From NCBI GenBank assembly GCA_049999805.1, contig JBNGIO010002947.1:1-48438 (forward strand): a DNA stretch of 48,438 nt, read 5' to 3'. A program made the translations under genes and the position numbers. The stretch is from Folioceros fuciformis (taxonomy: Eukaryota). The notes beneath the pieces are model-generated. The model saw only the letters and a list, made by a program, of their open reading frames with translations, ran no database searches and had not been told where the DNA came from. Numbering within the stretch: position 1 is the stretch's first letter; each line of letters opens with the position of its first letter. Positions 47,714 through 48,438 of the stretch are shown one piece after another.

Positions 47714-48438
47714 TCATCGCGTGGAGGGGGGGCTCGGCGTTGGAGAAGTAGGAGGCTTCAGGTCTGGGAATCTGGACAAGACGGTAACCACCAAACGACA
47801 TCACATCAACACCTCCCAAGCAAGCAAAAGCAGAAAATGCCGAAACAATGGGAGTCACAGAGGAGGTTAGCACAAACCCTGTGTAGGGAGACTGAGGTGT
47901 AGGAGGTATATACAGCCGTGTTGTCACTTTTGCTGGCGGTGCTGCCACTTCTGCTACCGGTGCTGCCACTTCTGCTACCGGTGCTCCCACTTCTGCTTCC
48001 GGTGCAGCCACTTCTACTTCCGGTGCAGCCACTTCTACTTCCGGTGCAGCCACTTCTGTCTTCGTTACTACAGAAGGCGGTGCGGGAACCTTGCGTGGAG
48101 GCCTCGGTGAGGGAGAGCTAGGGGGCTTGAGGTCAGGATACCTACAAGAACACAACCATATGCCATCTGAGCCCGAGTCACAAAACCACATCGAGCTTCG
48201 GAATCAAATTCCAGCACAATGCACCTCAGAGATGACGCCAAGCTGCATACAGCAAGCATAAACAGAAGCACGGGGTGGAATCCGTAAGAAGCACACCTTG
48301 CAAAGGGAGATTGTGGCCTGGAAATTGCGGCCTTTGGTTGCTCCGCCACGACGACTGGCTTCTCAAGAACAGGAGCAGGCGCTGCCTTCTCAAGAATAGG
48401 GGCCGGCGCTGCCTCCTCAAGAACAGGAGCCGTCGCTA
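47714..48438 (-). CDS. 3' end of a Tic62/TROL-type protein with two FNR-binding (ITEP-like) polyproline motifs; 5' part lies outside the window
   Basis: Exons >48438-48297, 48141-47878, 47771-47714 give RPQSPFARYPDLKPPSSPSP ... PQSPYTGFPDLKPPTSPTPSPPSTR*, matching the RPLSPYxxYxDLKPP(S/T)SPxP motif. Confidence 0.8.
47936..48058 (-). repeat. Coding 21-bp tandem repeat (EVAAPxx, ~6 copies)
   Basis: (cggtgcagccacttctacttc)-like units encoding EVAAPEV/EVAAPVA. Confidence 0.85.

Overview
Gene-dense nuclear DNA from a land plant, with about 15 genes in 48 kb and mostly ~100-nt spliceosomal introns. The compact layout, a flagellar gene (CFAP157-like) and a PLS-PPR protein ending in a DYW:KP/GRP-type domain suggest a seed-free plant with motile sperm and U-to-C organellar editing, most plausibly a hornwort (inference). 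Genes in order: DDA1-like/SAP protein, an orphan repeat-containing ORF, rhodanese STR14, a PUB62/63-like U-box protein, the PPR-DYW(GRP) editing factor, an AT-rich orphan, an At4g14100-like secreted protein, STIG1-like, a bacterial GlnA4-like glutamine synthetase, RPC3, CFAP157, a giant coiled-coil protein, PPR5, a DnaJ-like zinc finger, a two-RRM protein, and the 3' end of a Tic62/TROL-type gene. Best leads: (1) two equal-length, apparently mutually exclusive exons that swap the Cys loop of STR14; (2) an OSB-type PDF ssDNA-binding motif fused to the putative U-to-C editing PPR; (3) an intron-containing GlnA4-like enzyme with an organelle presequence; (4) FNR-binding repeats in a probable non-vascular plant; (5) a U12-type intron and two divergent genes with start codons about 60 bp apart. 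All exon models were assembled by hand and all family calls are from recall; no searches were run.
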